Shown here: positions 24,488 to 38,658 of the stretch, in pieces
Position numbering within the stretch: the stretch's first letter is position 1
How the letters are laid out: each line of letters begins with the position of its first letter
DNA from: Phoronis australis
Taxonomy: Eukaryota; Animalia; Phoronida
Direction of reading: 5' to 3'
Assembly: GCA_002633005.1 (NCBI GenBank)
Contig: NMRA01000323.1
Coordinates: 1-64,000, forward strand
Length of the DNA stretch: 64,000 nt
The notes under the pieces: generated by a model
The model's database searches: none
The model's input: the letters and a program-made list of their open reading frames with translations, nothing else
Told to the model about the DNA's origin: nothing
Translations under genes and position numbers: made by a program

Positions 24488-27354
24488 ACCATTTTACATG
24501 GAAAGTGGGTCACGGCTAAAAAAACTTGGCTTTTCTCATTTAAAAACACAAGTCAATCACTTTCCTGGCAATTTTTTTCAACAAATTCCTCAAGCCTCCC
24601 GCCAATTGACACACGCCCTGTAGCACTAGAAAATGCCCTGTGGCTACAGCCTAGACAAGAAAATGCCCTGTGGCTACAGCCTAACTGTTCAGTGCCACCC
24701 GTTGTATTCTGTCGTTACACGTTTCGAGTGTATCTTCACTTTGGACTCTTTGTTCTACTTATTGGCGTAATGTTTTTAAACTCTGAAACTCGCAATATTT
24801 TTAAAGTGATAGAAAAACAGGGTGAAATGGCGCGTCCTGTGCTCGAGTACGCTTAGTTAAGTAACTATGCTACAGTACTGCACTTGATGACTCCAATACT
24901 ATAAGGATGCTAAAGATTTATCCGTGCAGAGTATCATATCTTTTAACTATAGTAACATGTGCGTGCAATGCGCACCAAAGGGATACAGTACAACTAGTTA
25001 TAGTGTTGCCTACAAAGAGCTGGCCATTTCACGCACGGGTGCGTATCTCGGTTGTTTTAGAACATGCCTGTCATTTACTATACACAAGGGACAATATCCG
25101 CCTTGTACTCCATCGATCACGTCGGAAGTCGTTTTGTCGTCTTATTTTTGCTTGTTGAGGGTTGGTGCTTTACACTTCAACTTTGTGGCAAAATGAGACA
25201 ACTATTGAGTACCACAAACCCAAACCAGTTCAGAAGATGGTACGTGATACCTGTAAACGTACACGACGTTGTATTTCGTTGTTTTTTAACCGTTACCTTT
25301 CCGTTCCAATTAATATATGGCTGGCCAGCTCAAAGCTTTTTTAAATCCTTCATTATCAGGCTGGTTTAGTTCAGAAGACTCATTCACGTGTAACAGGTGT
25401 TGATGGATACGATAATCAATAAATTTTTTAGGGAAACCATTGACCAGGAGTAATTTGGCCAAAGTTCTGATTTCCTTTTAGACTGAAAACGGCTTCCTCA
25501 GACCATACGTGGTGTGTCCTACGTAGCAAACAGGAAACCAACGGTCCAAAGCTATCCCACTCCGAAAATATGAGCTCTCTGTTAATAGCAGTGCTGACTT
25601 TGTCAAAAATACTCTTTAAACAATGCTGTTACATCAACACAGCTACGCCTGTGGCCTAGTTGGTGTTCATTTGCCAACCTTGTTGGCGCCCATCTCGGAC
25701 TGCGTACCGCCCCTTTCCGTCCCTTAAACTTTTTTCACGAATGGTCAGCGTTCCTTGGTTATTTGAGTGCCCATCTTTTGTCGTCACATTTTGACTAATC
25801 ATCCACGATTCTTGTCCAAATCTTTGATTACATCAAAACATAACCGGATGTGCTTCTTAGAAACTCGCCGGGGCCTACGTATCAGAGCTACAGAAGACTG
25901 TAACTAATTATAGTTTATAAGTCCTCCACTGCTGCTTGAGATGTTCTAGCTCAAATTTATGCAGGCTACATATCATTGAGCATTACGTAGCCTTACAATG
26001 TCTTCTACTCCTTAGGCTTTGTGAGTAGGTTCGTAGGAATGTCTATCATGTGACTTAGTGCACGTATACTAGGGCGACCATTTTGTTATGTAGAAGTGAT
26101 TGTCCTGGACGTGAAAGCCTGTGGGCTAAAGGGCTGTAACTTTGAATTTGATGACATAGGTACATGTACCAAAGTCACTTGCAGGATGTTTTGAAATTAA
26201 AATGGAATCCTTAATTTAACTCCTACTGAGATGTCCAGCATATTGTTTTCTTATTTGTTCCTATTGGTCAGTATTTTTCCCGCTTTTTTTAACATAGTAG
26301 TATGGCGCTACGCGAGCCACCTGCTTTCACAGCTATTTACATGTAAAGTAGAACTTAGACAGAAATTTGGTTTCCACAAAACTATTTCTGGAAAATAATT
26401 AAATCTCACTTAAAGTCCTTATCTCAGAGGGCATTCTAGTTCAAAGACTCAAAAATATATACCAAATTAAATAATATATAGCAGAGCATAATGTTCACAT
26501 GCTTTCTGTTATCAAACTAAAAGCCTTTTTAGCACAATTTTGTACCTCGGCCGCGATCGGAAAATCATCGACTGTTCCCGTCTATGTCCGTGACATGAGT
26601 TTCTGTGTGTAAACGATTCCTGAATGCCGCCAGCCATGTTGTCATTGAAAACGTGTTGACACCACCGTGAGTGTAAATGCGTTGTTATTATTGTTTGGTT
26701 GTTTTTGATTCCCATTGTGGTTCTTTTTATATAAACTTGATTATTTCTTGTCCTAATTTTACATGTTCTTTGCATATGACGAATGGTATTAAATGCATAA
26801 TCATAAATTTGAAGTACCGTCGCAAAGTCTTCGACGTAGCCAACGCTCGGCTTCTGAGGTAAGCCCTGACTCATCGCGAGAGTACGTCAAATTATCAACT
26901 GTAACCGTTGAGGTAATAAATTAGAGGAAAAAAGTTTCTTGATCAGCAAATGTCTTATCTTTATCGCCATATCTTGAAATTGATGCAAAGTACCAGCCTG
27001 AAGTGAGCAATTGCCGTGTCACGGTGACTACCCGGACGTGTGAGCGCAGTACGCCGTGCTTGGCAACAAATCGGCACCGCGTTTACTGGCCGTTAAAAAT
27101 GTAAAATAGAAAAAAGACATCCACATACGGCGATGTTTCGACAAACAAAAAGCAAGTTTTATCTCAAACAAGTCAGCTCCACATCTGTACTAGTTGATTT
27201 TGCTGGCAGGACACAGTAAACGGTGAAGTAATTCCCCGGCCCGCAGTCGCCGGGAATTGATACTCACTTGTTAAAGTGGCTTTGATTTTCAATTATCAGG
27301 GAAAATATATTTTCAAACCCCACAAATCCAAACTTACAATATATACCTCTGTTG

Positions 27355-27433
27355 CATGGGCGGCGCACCATAGGGGGCTGGGGAGGGAGCTTTAGCCCCC
27401 CCCCCCCCTTTTTTCAGTCCTGTGCCGCCCATG
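27355..27433. mobile_element. CATGGGCGGC-type micro-MITE with 5-bp TSD
   Basis: TIR CATGGGCGGC, TSD TGTTG. Confidence 0.75.
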
Positions 27434-28623
27434 TGTTGTCTAAATTTAAAATTTTGCGCCGGAAACCGGAGCGGAGGGGAGTGTAGTGAATTTTAGTCAA
27501 TGAGCTGAATGTCGGCGATGGGAATATATTGCAGTGTTAAGAGTATGGCGCAGTAATTTTTTCACTCATTCAGGGCCGGTTAGCTAATGAATGTGTTCAT
27601 CTTGCCCCGCGGAGCAAAGATGTCCGCCGGCGCATGCCTGGCAGGCCAGGCGGTCCGACTCCGCCTGCTAGCAGCGTGTACGAATGTTTTTGGCTAAGTG
27701 GAAATTATTCCTTTTACTTTAAACTTATATTATACCACTTTGGTACCATGGCAAGTTTTCTACCTGAAGTTATTTCGCCACCAAATGGTATTCGTCAGCC
27801 ACCCGGCCAAAGCGAATTTTAGTCGCGTATAAATTTAGTTTCCATATTTTCGCAAGTTTATCTGCCAGGAAATTCTAACTGTAGGGCCTATAGCAATTTA
27901 TTCAGATAATTTGGTGTAGCATGTTCGCTGTTCTGTTTATACTGTTTGTTTACCAGAGCTAATTAAACCCAGTAAAACACGCTTAGCCTAGCCTCATACG
28001 CCCATCGGGGCCCCGGTTGTTATACAATCGTTGGTGCAGGACTGTTACTAGTCCGTAATATNGTGTTTGCAGGCTAGTGAACAGACACTGCTCCAGTCGC
28101 AAGAGACGGCGTATAGTAAGCCTGGGTTCCTGAATGAATTGTACATGTACTTCCGGCATCGCGGTTAGTGCGGGGAGCCCCCCCCTCCCCCCTATTTGGC
28201 GAAGTGGGCAAAAAGGTCCGCCCCTGAGAAACAAAATGTCCGAGAAAATGGGACTAGGCCCTCTAAATAAGCGCAAACGCGCAATTCACAGAGCTGTTCC
28301 CGTTTTTTTTTTTATTTTTGTTATTTTTTTTTACTCCGTAGGCTTTTTTGTTAGCAAATGGTTCACAACATCAAGGATTCGAGCACCCACATATTGAAGG
28401 CTGGGTGCACGCGCATGAAAATGCGGTGTGATCTTCGGGTTGGAATCGTGAGAGACGCGTTTATGAAAACATTCTTCGACTACGGACTGTGTATTGGTTA
28501 TGGGATAAGTACTGCGTGGTTCCTTATAATGTCTTCTAACCATGTAATAAGGGTTAAAAACGTGTGCTTCTAGGACTTTAAGAAAAAGTGCGAAGCCATT
28601 ATTCACAAAACTCAGTGACTTAA

Positions 28624-28695
28624 CATGGGCGGTGCAGCACTGAAATAAGTGCGGGTTATGCACCCCCCCCCGCCACCTATGGCGCGCTGCCCATG
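28624..28695. mobile_element. CATGGGCGG-type micro-MITE, TSD degenerate
   Basis: Same TIR and GCAGCACTGAAA internal motif as the other copies. Confidence 0.65.
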
Positions 28696-31600
28696 CTGAC
28701 ATGATTTATATAAATTATTTTAGTAAGTATTACCCTTGTAATAGTTGGTTAAGCCTTTATTCAACATCTGTGGTGTGGGAGCGTAGACCAAATTTCTGTC
28801 TTAAGTCTTAAAGTGGAACTTGCACACTTATTCCTTATCTCTGTGACTGCTTGGTCAAATTAGTTAGAAACCCAGCATATAGCGACGGTGTGAACATGAA
28901 GTACGTTGGAAATTGCCAAATGTTTTTAAGAGCGAGTTTTGTGTCGAAAATCACCCGCCGCCTTAAATCACTCAAACGTGTCCGATAAGTATCGTGACGT
29001 CAGGGTGTTGGTGAATAACACTGCATGATGCAGGCTATGTGGGCCCCCAAGGTGTGTCATTAGTGCTAAGGTCACCCATTTGCAGATTTTTTTGTTTTCA
29101 CATCTACAAGTTGTCAATGAATGCAACTTCTATTAGTTTAGCGTAGATGATGTTTAAATGGCGTTGTCGTTTAGGCTAGTTTCTGCAATACATTAGCGTA
29201 GTTAGGAGCATACATGTACATGTACAAAGACATCTTTAAGGACTTTCATGAATTGGTTTATCTTCGTTCCGGCCGTCAGTAGGCTACTAGGAACCGTCTA
29301 AGTAAATGGATTTCCGGAGGGTGGGTGTGATAATATTCAAATATGACCAAGAGCCCGTTTCATGAAATCTTTTCTGTCCTAACTTAGACCAAAATCGGGC
29401 AAATTTAAGGCCAATATAACATAGCCAAATTATTATCTGAAGACCGAGATCGGGACTATAAGGGATTCGATAAAAGAGCAAATTTTGAAATAAAATTGTT
29501 TCTTGCCGTGACAACAGGTACATGAAATTATAGAAGTTATAAGTTAATGTATTGTAAATGATTTTTCGTCGTTGCAGTCTGTTTTTCAAACCAACACGTG
29601 TGTCCTTGTAGTGTACGCAGCAGCGTGCAGAGGTTAGGTGATGTCCGGGGCGATTTTTTATGGATGGCCCTCTCTCTCTCTAATCAAATGCACGGATCGT
29701 ATACTACAATGAAACTATTTGATGAAAAGTAAACAAGATGAAAGATAAAATAGAATTTTTTTCCAGTCACAATTTCAAAAAGTTTACTCATACTGACTAG
29801 ATGTCCCCGATGGTGGATAACCGGAGCCATCGCCTGATTTCCAGAACGAGGTTAAGCGCTTTCTAATCTCCGGGACAAATGTTTGTTCTATCGCCGTGTA
29901 ATTCGGGAAGGCCCTATTGTTTCATGAATTTGTTCGAGAGCTTAATAGCCTATTATTACAAAGCACCGGCCATTGAAGCGATTGGTCGCGAAGGTTGGGT
30001 TGTTGACTTGTGTGATTGAACACACTGTTTTCTTTCCATAAGTGCAAGCTAATGGAACGCCGACCAAGACCCTTGCGTTCTTCTACCTGCTTTAGACCTT
30101 CTGGTTAAATTTATGCAACAAGCCTGGTGTGTACATTAAAGTTAGAGTCTTCTTTCAAAGCAATACATAGACATGTACATATAGCGAAAAAGATCCTTGC
30201 GAGCACATTATTTATTTGACATCCAGCACAAATAAAGAAGGACCAATCGCAATGACATTGTAACTATAATTGAAATACCGATATACCAATAGGTGTCGTG
30301 ACGGCACATCAAAAACAAACCCATGCACGATCCTTTGTGCGCTTCAGACAAAATTGTTTAATTTAAGACAGCCCAATTGAGCAAAAATTTTACATGTGCT
30401 GATTCAATAGAAGAACATTTTTCTTTCTTCTTTATGACAAATTTCTCATTTGTGACACAAGAACAGGTATAACACCCGGGTCTGCAAACAAANNNNNNNN
30501 NNNNNNNNNNNNNNNNNNNNNNNNNNNNNNNNNNNNNNNNNNNNNNNNNNNNNNNNNNNNNNNNNNNNNNNNNNNNNNNNNNNNNNNNNNNNNNNNNNNN
30601 NNNNNNNNNNNNNNNNNNNNNNNNNNNNNNNNNNNNNNNNNNNNNNNNNNNNNNNNNNNNNNNNNNNNNNNNNNNNNNNNNNNNNNNNNNNNNNNNNNNN
30701 NNNNNNNNNNNNNNNNNNNNNNNNNNNNNNNNNNNNNNNNNNNNNNNNNNNNNNNNNNNNNNNNNNNNNNNNNNNNNNNNNNNNNNNNNNNNNNNNNNNN
30801 NNNNNNNNNNNNNNNNNNNNAAAAAAGTTATGAGAAGTTCGATTTATTTTTCAAACCAAATGAATAAAGTTATTGTTAATTGGAGGCCAGCAAAGGCACG
30901 TGCCAAAAATACCTGCTCTCTGTTGTTCCAAATGTCCGTAAACAAATGACCGTTAACACTGAATCAAACATGAAAAAATAATAACACCTTACCCAAGGTT
31001 GTGCGAATCTACTAACATGTTAACATAAATCTAAAGAATCAGGGGCCCTTTGTATCGAAGGTCGTGGACTAGGTCTTACACAGTCGTACGCATATCTCAA
31101 TAAATGCAAACGCGACGACTGTGTTTTAGGCGAATGAAAACGTTGCAACTGGTGTAAATTTGATAATTTTTTGCTTTCAGACTCAACGAATGCCTTCAAG
31201 TACAAAGTAAAATTGAAGCTACGATCGTCTTACTACGACCTTTGATAAAACGGACCCAGATCACGAGGCAACAGCACAGCTAGTAAACCATCTGCAGACC
31301 GGGGTAGTCCAGTGCATTGGTCGATTGGTCACGCGACCTGGCCTCCGTGGTCCTCCAAGGAAAAGCTTTCCCAGATCTCGTGTTGAAGTATCGACAGAAG
31401 GCGAGGTCAGTGTCAAATACTACAAGAAAATCAAAAAGGCGTCAAAGCACATTTGTCGCTTGTTCGATTATTGATATGTGGGAGTTACATGTATACTCTT
31501 GGGAATGCCAGGAAGTAACCATTTTTTAAAACGCCATGATATTTCTTAACCCCGGAATGGGAAAGGCGTAAACGCAACGAACAGTCACTAATTCCCGACT

Positions 31601-34600
31601 ATCGAAACATCCTTTCAGATTCTCTGGTATTTACCCACAATGCTGTGCATCAGTAGGCAAGGGCCGTTCCGCTGCTGTAAAATTTACTTCGTAAGTCACT
31701 ACTAGCGCATTATCTTACAAAGATTCGGTCAGATTACCACCACATGTAACCAGATTCGGTATTTTAAGACGAAAATAGATTAGGAATTATAAAAATGTAT
31801 TTCATTTGTATGTACCATTATAATTTTTACATTAACACTTTTTAAGTCAAAATTTCATTTTTAAAGTATATTCATAGCAAAATAACGCTTCGTTCGATTT
31901 TAAAGAAAACTTTTTTAAATGAATATTTCACCAGTTACTTCAAAACGAAATTAAGAATTTTCGATTAGTCTGTTAGTTTGGTTTCTATGACAAATCAACT
32001 CGCAAAACGTAAGGCACTTTTATGAAAAATAGCAGTCGTATTCGTCTTTGTTACATTACGCAAAATCTAGGCCTTTATATCGAAAATCCTAACAGAGTTT
32101 TTGAGATTGAAGAATAAATATTAGGTTTGAAAAGTTTCAGCGAAATTCACGGAGCCGTTTTCGATAACTCGTGTTCCTGAGTTGCCGAAGCCGAGAAAAA
32201 GCGATTGACTGAAAATCCCAAGGTCTTCTGTTAATTATTTGGTGAAAACTTGCCTTCGATCAACTTTAACCTATACATGCTCAAAACCATGTCCGCTATT
32301 TCAATATTCACTCGCACTGTCAACTGAATTTTCAGGGCGCAATTAACTTAATTATCGCTAAAACGTTAATTTTTTCACCGTAGGCGGAATCAACTGTTGG
32401 TCTACTTTAAAGTAGGTCAACATTCATTGGTATACGCAGCACGCGCCGGGAGACTGATACAGTGTATGAAGCCAAATACGAAATGGACGATTACAGAAAT
32501 CGCGTCAGTATTAAAGCACGTCGTGAACATGAGCTCGAAACAGCGAAATGTCAAATTACCTATCAAGTAAAGGAATTTGGGTGAGGATTTATCTCTTTTC
32601 ACAACTTGCTGTGGTCGTGAACACAAGGTCAAAGAGGCGTGAGGCGACACGGAGCATTCGTTCTCAACGGTCGTATGTATGCAGAACTCCCTCAGGATCA
32701 AAACTACGTTTTGTCTTCGTTTTTCCCGGCATCTTTCTATCATACATGTATGTACAAGTAGTTGATTAAATATTACTGCGACTCAGTGAATGAAATAACT
32801 CAAGGTGCATACGAAGCGGCTCTGTGCCTGAGATTCAATTTCAGTGTAACCTTTGACCTCGGATAAGTAACACACAAGTTTCCACGCGGTTCTGCGGTTC
32901 CAAGGTGGTTCTGCTAAATGTTTTTTTTCTCTCGCTACATTTCGTATTGGAAGTTCCCGAGAATGAAGATAAAGTATTTTGCTAGACATATGAAATGTTG
33001 AAAAAATGGTCATTTTGTGAATAAGGTTCGAGATATCCTTTTAAGTCCCACGTATAGCGCTTAGTGGCGTGGGTCGTTGTTGTCACTTGCATATGGTATT
33101 TGCTGTCGAGTATTATAAATTGCTTATTGTTGGTTTTTCATAAATTCCGTGTCGATATTTTAATGACAGTCGTCGAAAGCTGGTGTAACTGGTTATTAAT
33201 CACTTTTGGCAATTTTAAGCAAGCATAATTTGCAAAATATTTATGTTTTTGAGGACTAAGGTGAAACTTAGTGCGTTTATCTCCGTCTACCGATGTTTCT
33301 TTATAGTGCAGTTATATACTTGGCTCCTACGAAGTTTGTATAAAGTTACGGCTATGGGAGAAATCAGAATTCGACGAAGTATAATAGCATGTGCTTTACA
33401 CATGTACCTACGGAAACTGAAATTTTATCACTAGCAGGGACGTACTATAATTCGAGCTCAAATAACACTGTCGTCGGTCACCATACTCCCATTACATGTA
33501 GATCGGCGTTTTGGCTTAGGTATACGCGTTACCTATGCGCCTGGATTTGTTAGATTCATGAATTAAAATTTCCCACTCTTAAATCCTGTTCATAATGTCA
33601 ACTTAGAAAGTCTACAGTGTATGTTTCGAACGCTGAATATCTTCGTAGTACAGTGAGACAATGGCAGGGTATTTAGAAATTTCATACTTGTTCTACTAAC
33701 ACAAAATTCAATCGGGATCATCACTAGCCGCACCAGGTCAAGAACGACAGTATTTTCGTGGGGTGCAACACAATGTGGCGTTAGCTTAAATTTGTAGTTT
33801 TTGTTGCGTTGCTCATGAAAACGGGTCCTTCAATCCCTCATAAACTATATGAAGCCAGTACGCCCAGCAAGTCAGCAAAGATGTAGGTCCACTCTTAAAA
33901 TCTGATATAAGCCCTTCTTCCGCCAAAAACTAACCATGCACCACTTACAGATTTTTCTTGTAAATCGTATGATCGATGCATTAGAAAGAACGGACAGTGC
34001 ATTAGTGATGAGACCAGTCTCAACAAACTGGCTTCTCAAGGCTCCGATCGCAGACTCCAGCCACAACATGTGAGACAAGAACTAGTTGGGACCGGTTTTA
34101 TTGCGGTAATAGGTCTGAACCAAAATTCTGTTTCTATTAGGTTAATCTATTAGGTTCTTCCTGACTGCCTGGATTCTTTGAGGATTAAGATCAGATAGAT
34201 AATTGACCCAATGTGGAGATGGTCAGCCAGTTATTATGGTACGTCAGGAACCTAGAAAAATGTCCAAATTCGGCTAATTTAGTAACATCAGGATTCAAAT
34301 GAAAATTTCAGATACCATGCTGTGTGCACCAGGCTCTAATACTTGAATCAGAATGGTTTTTTGAAATGTCCCACCTTTGCATGAGGGACTGGCTTTTATG
34401 ATTTTCACAAAACGAAAGCAAAAAATATTTTAGAAAAGTGTTACAGCTTTTTGAGAGCTCGGCTTGAATATGTTAATCTAATAAAATTTGATCACGTGGT
34501 TGATACCGTTGTTCATTGAAAAGACATAGTCACGTGATCCAATCAATGGCAGCGGTTGCAGTAGACGAATTTTAATTCTTTTTTATTCTGGTCTAATTAA

Positions 34601-34774
34601 CCGATTTTTGTCATTCTAAAATAAGAAAAGCTCACCTTAATGACGGATTCAATTTTTATTTGGATCACGGTGCCAAAATGGCTTCATTGTGTGTTATTTC
34701 TTGTTTAACGTCAATTATTGTATCACTGGAATTAATCTCCGTTTTCTGATTCCTTAAGGGTCATAAACGTCCAG

Positions 34775-35021
34775 GGACCCGTTCAAAGAAAACTGACTTA
34801 GCTAAGACAAATTTTAAATTTCAGTCAGTCTGGAGATAAAACTTTGATTTGTCTAAAGTCCGTTTTAAGAAAGAGATTTTAAGTTTGATTTAAGTTTTTG
34901 ACTTAAGCTTTGTCTTAGTTTTGGCTCTTTTACAGAATGTTGAAGTTTCAAAGTTTGAAGGATAAGACAAATCTTAGACTCGAGTCAAAAATAAACTTAA
35001 GTCAGTTTGTTGGAAAGGTCC
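34775..35021. mobile_element. PIF/Harbinger-like MITE
   Basis: TIR GGACC(C/T)(G/T)TTC...AACTGACTTA(G/A), 3-bp TSD CAG. A related terminus starts at the window end (about 63984) and a related element spans about 45814-45960. Confidence 0.65.
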
Positions 35022-35102
35022 CAGGAGCTCTGGTAATTAGTTATTTTTAAAAATCGCATCCGGTAGGAGAGGCATTCAATGTTGACTATTGGGAAATGAG
35101 GT

Positions 35103-35222
35103 ATGGCGCTTCACTCCGTTGAGCTCCGGACTCCCGTTTGGAAGACCCGGGTTCGAATCCTGGCGTTTGGCACTCAATCGAGCGTTGCACAAAGGTGTCT
35201 CCTATTCCTCGGTGTTGCTAGT
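35103..35222 (+). mobile_element. tRNA-derived SINE fragment
   Basis: B box GGTTCGAATCC at 35150-35160; shares GTTTGGAAGACC...CAATCGAGC.TTGCACAAAGGTGT.TCCTA.TCCTC with 43802-43921. Confidence 0.7.
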
Positions 35223-37227
35223 GAATGTGTGGGGATGAATGAGTTCATAAACATAACGCGAAAGCGTTTTGTATGGCTGTGCAAAAAACGGCAGGAACCC
35301 GGGTTTATCACAGCATTTGTTTGTCTAACTACAACAGACCACGTGACAGTGCATGGTATGTGAGTAAACTGTTACAATGACAGGAAAATAAGCATCATAT
35401 GTGTTACGCACTTTTGAGTTGTATGTAATTGGTTTAAGGAGCCATGTGCTAACTGTAATAAATGTGACAATGCACGTTAATTGTTTTTTTTCAGATAAAG
35501 ATGAAGACGCAGCTATTCATTTTTGTTCAGGTTATGCAGTAGTAAAATTTGAGTCGGACTGTTGCGACAATAGCGCAATTTCATTTTGACAGCAAACTTG
35601 ATAGTGCACGCGCGTCCCTCGAGCTCGGCAAAAAGTATTGGAGTTATTGCCGATGTCCATCTGTTACCGCCAAGTGCGTTTGAATAAATATAATACGCTA
35701 AGTAACTTGGGAAGCATTCCTTTATTTTAGCGCTGAAAAATTAGGATCCCAATTTCTCGAGTCGGCACGATAAAACACCACGCTTTTAGAGAGACCACAC
35801 TATTATAAAACGGACCCGTTTTCGTTGCAGGTAACTTCCAAGAAAGTTACCTTTCATAAAAATTTTCCTTGGAACATAAGATATGTATTTCAAACCCTTC
35901 ATAATGCTTAGTTAGTGAACTAAAATTTAAAAACCGTTACAATGTTTTTACACCCATGTAATAATTGCAATTTAAAAGGGTACCAAACCCGGTTTTGGCC
36001 TATTAACAGACATTAAAAACAACGTTACCATCCACTTCTCTGGAGTAAACTAATGCTCTGTAACCAATGACAACCCTTAATTGTTTCGAACAAAATTTGA
36101 AAATTCCTTGCAAAGTCTGCTAAACGGGCAAGCGTGATCTACACTTAAAGCGAATTACACGAAACCTGTAGGGAAAGACCACCCACCAAGAACCATGATA
36201 TCCTACAGGTGTACCTGTTACAGTAAAAGAAAGTATAAGTTTTTATTTTGAAACATGCTTTTGTCACTCAAGTTGGAGGCCAATGGTGCATTAGCAGGTG
36301 ACAGAATGAAGATTGGTTGCAATCACCAAAACAGCGTTTAGTATCCTTTAAAGCAAAAATGAGTCCTTTGCAGACTTCCTGGCCTGTCAAGTGTGCTCTT
36401 TCGAAGCGAATCTGGCGGAGATCAATGATATACGAATCTGAACGGCACGTCCGATATACATCCACCACTGTACAACTGAAGTGTTATTTTTGTAAGCCTC
36501 AAAAGTCCATGAATATCGTAGTATTCTGTAGTCACTAAATCTCCCTTCCGCTAATGGAGAAGAAAACACGCCACGTGGCACGGACAGCACTTATATATTA
36601 GCTGAGGCTTTGTTTCTGCTGTGCACTCAATATTTTGATGCCTTAACGGGGATACTTTTAGGAACGCACCCGCGCCATTGGCGCTCAGTTCAGGTCAGCT
36701 GGCGCCAGTCACTCTGTATGTGTATGTACCAATCGCAAAACATCCGGTGAAATTAAACAAAACAAATGACCAAAACAACTCAGTGTGATGGATAAAGGAT
36801 GTAACATATTTCTAAAATAAAGATTCAAAATATGAAGACACGTGATTTCGGTGTACGTCTAGACCAATCCTTAACAGAAGTAGCGGATGAAATAAGCGGC
36901 TGAAAGATTCCGCCAAAGAAAATATTCGAATAGGAAACGGACAACAAAAACGGACGTAGCTACAATCAAAATTAACGTAGTCGTATATATAAAAAAACGA
37001 TTGTAAACGTTTAATACTAAGTTGTGTGAAAATTAAGGATTTATTTTACGAAATACCGGGTACATTTAGCGTTCGACGGTGACTTGTTGTCCAGCGGTGG
37101 AGCAATAATGCAACCGGGAAAGTCCCTACATACATGTACATGTAGGGACTGAAAATGGTAGAGATTGTCCTAAAGATTCTCGTGGACAACAAATTGCAAT
37201 AAAGCATCGACTAATATAGTTATATAG

Positions 37228-37300
37228 TTATTATTATTATTAGTAGTAGTATTAGTATTAGTATTAGTATTAGTAGTAGTATTAGTATTAGTATTAGTAT

Positions 37301-37350
<50 letters not shown>

Positions 37351-37522
37351 TCATCACTATAATTATCATTACCATTATTACTATTACTATTACTATTACA
37401 ATTATTATTATTATTATTATTATTATCATCATTATTATTATTATTATTATTATAACTATTGCCACTACCACTATTTCTATTACTATTACTATTACTAATA
37501 CTGTTATTATATTATTACTATT
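37228..37522. repeat. Compound (TAT/TAG/TAC/CAT)n microsatellite
   Basis: Directly visible trinucleotide arrays. Confidence 0.95.
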
Positions 37523-38244
37523 ATAAAGGTCTCTTTTGTCAAGCATTTACGGGACTTATTCGTTGGTTTCTTGAATGGCAAAGGCATCAGAATGTTACAG
37601 GCAAGTATTCGATTCCTAGTTGGATAAAAACATTGTAACTGGAATTCCCCAACAAAATCTTTTGCCGTCTTGCCGACAACTAGTAAACGACATTTACCTG
37701 TGTAGCGGACGTTTATGAACGACACGTCCAGGGCCAGGTTACTAGTGAAAGCTTTCGTCGGAATCTTCTCTTTTTAAAATTAGTAATGAATATCATTGGC
37801 TTTGTTGTATTTGTTTTTAAGCTAAAATAGCAATGTGGCTGTGCACCCTCTGTCGTAGCCTGGGATTGAAATTTGATGCTAGACCGCAAGACAATACAAT
37901 TCAAACTACTACATGTATAGGAAGGCGATAACATTGCTTTGAGAAAGCCTCCAGTACTCCCAGCAGCCGGCAGCTGGCTAAATGCACGCTAGATTAACAG
38001 CTTTGCAATCCCAATTAACAGCGCTGATCTGCGAATCTACACATTAGCAAGAAAAGCATCTACTCAATCACGGATTCGCACAAAATAAATAGCATTTTCA
38101 TGACACCTGTACGTGGTTGGCAGCGGCTTTAACAAAATAAAGTGAATTTGTGAGCATCAAAAATAGTCATTGATTGAGCTCCAACGATAGTGAAATATGA
38201 TAGTCACTTCATCATCGTTACACGAAAGTAATACTTACTTTTTA

Positions 38245-38658
38245 CTATGATCTACTGGACTCTTGAAAACAGCAAAAGATTCGTAAAAGACATTTTTCTT
38301 TTCTCTCCGCTTCCTCATGACAAGAAGTCTTTGTTACCAACTCGGGCTCCGAAGTCGTTAATCTAACAGTTTTTCGGATTACACTCTCTAACGACTCCTC
38401 AGATTTTCTTTCTGAGTTTTCTAACGTTCGATATGTAGGTTTATAATCCCGCTTTTTGAATGGTTGCTGGTCATTACTCAACACCCTGTTGACTCTCATG
38501 CAAATTCGAAAGCAGGTGTCACGGGGTAACTTTCTAGTACACGCCATGACACAAGTGTGTTGAAGATCCGTGGTAATGACACTAGTCACGTGTAGGAAGA
38601 AGAAAAGTAGCGTCACAGACGGGACGGATATTTGCATCTTTCCAAGGAAGAGGTGCAT
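38245..38658 (-). CDS. Orphan secreted cysteine-rich peptide precursor (neuropeptide, toxin or defence-peptide-like), 137 aa (130 aa from the second ATG at 38637)
   Basis: Hydrophobic signal-like stretch (VPSVTLLFFFLHVTSVIT), CVMACTRKLPRDTCFRIC, KKR site, and C-terminal CHEEAERKEKCLLRIFCC. The ORF lies in an exon bounded by acceptor TTTGTGTTTTCAG (exon starts 38687) and donor GTAAGT (38238-38233) just after tandem TAG TAA stops. Confidence 0.72.
   Translation of the reverse strand: MHLFLGKMQISVPSVTLLFFFLHVTSVITTDLQHTCVMACTRKLPRDTCFRICMRVNRVLSNDQQPFKKRDYKPTYRTLENSERKSEESLESVIRKTVRLTTSEPELVTKTSCHEEAERKEKCLLRIFCCFQESSRS

Noticed and set aside
35103-35170. tRNA gene
   Set aside because: B box present but no cloverleaf; a shared non-tRNA body with 43802-43921 indicates a SINE.
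37220-37546. Very hydrophobic 108-aa ORF
   Set aside because: Translation of a TAT/TAG microsatellite.
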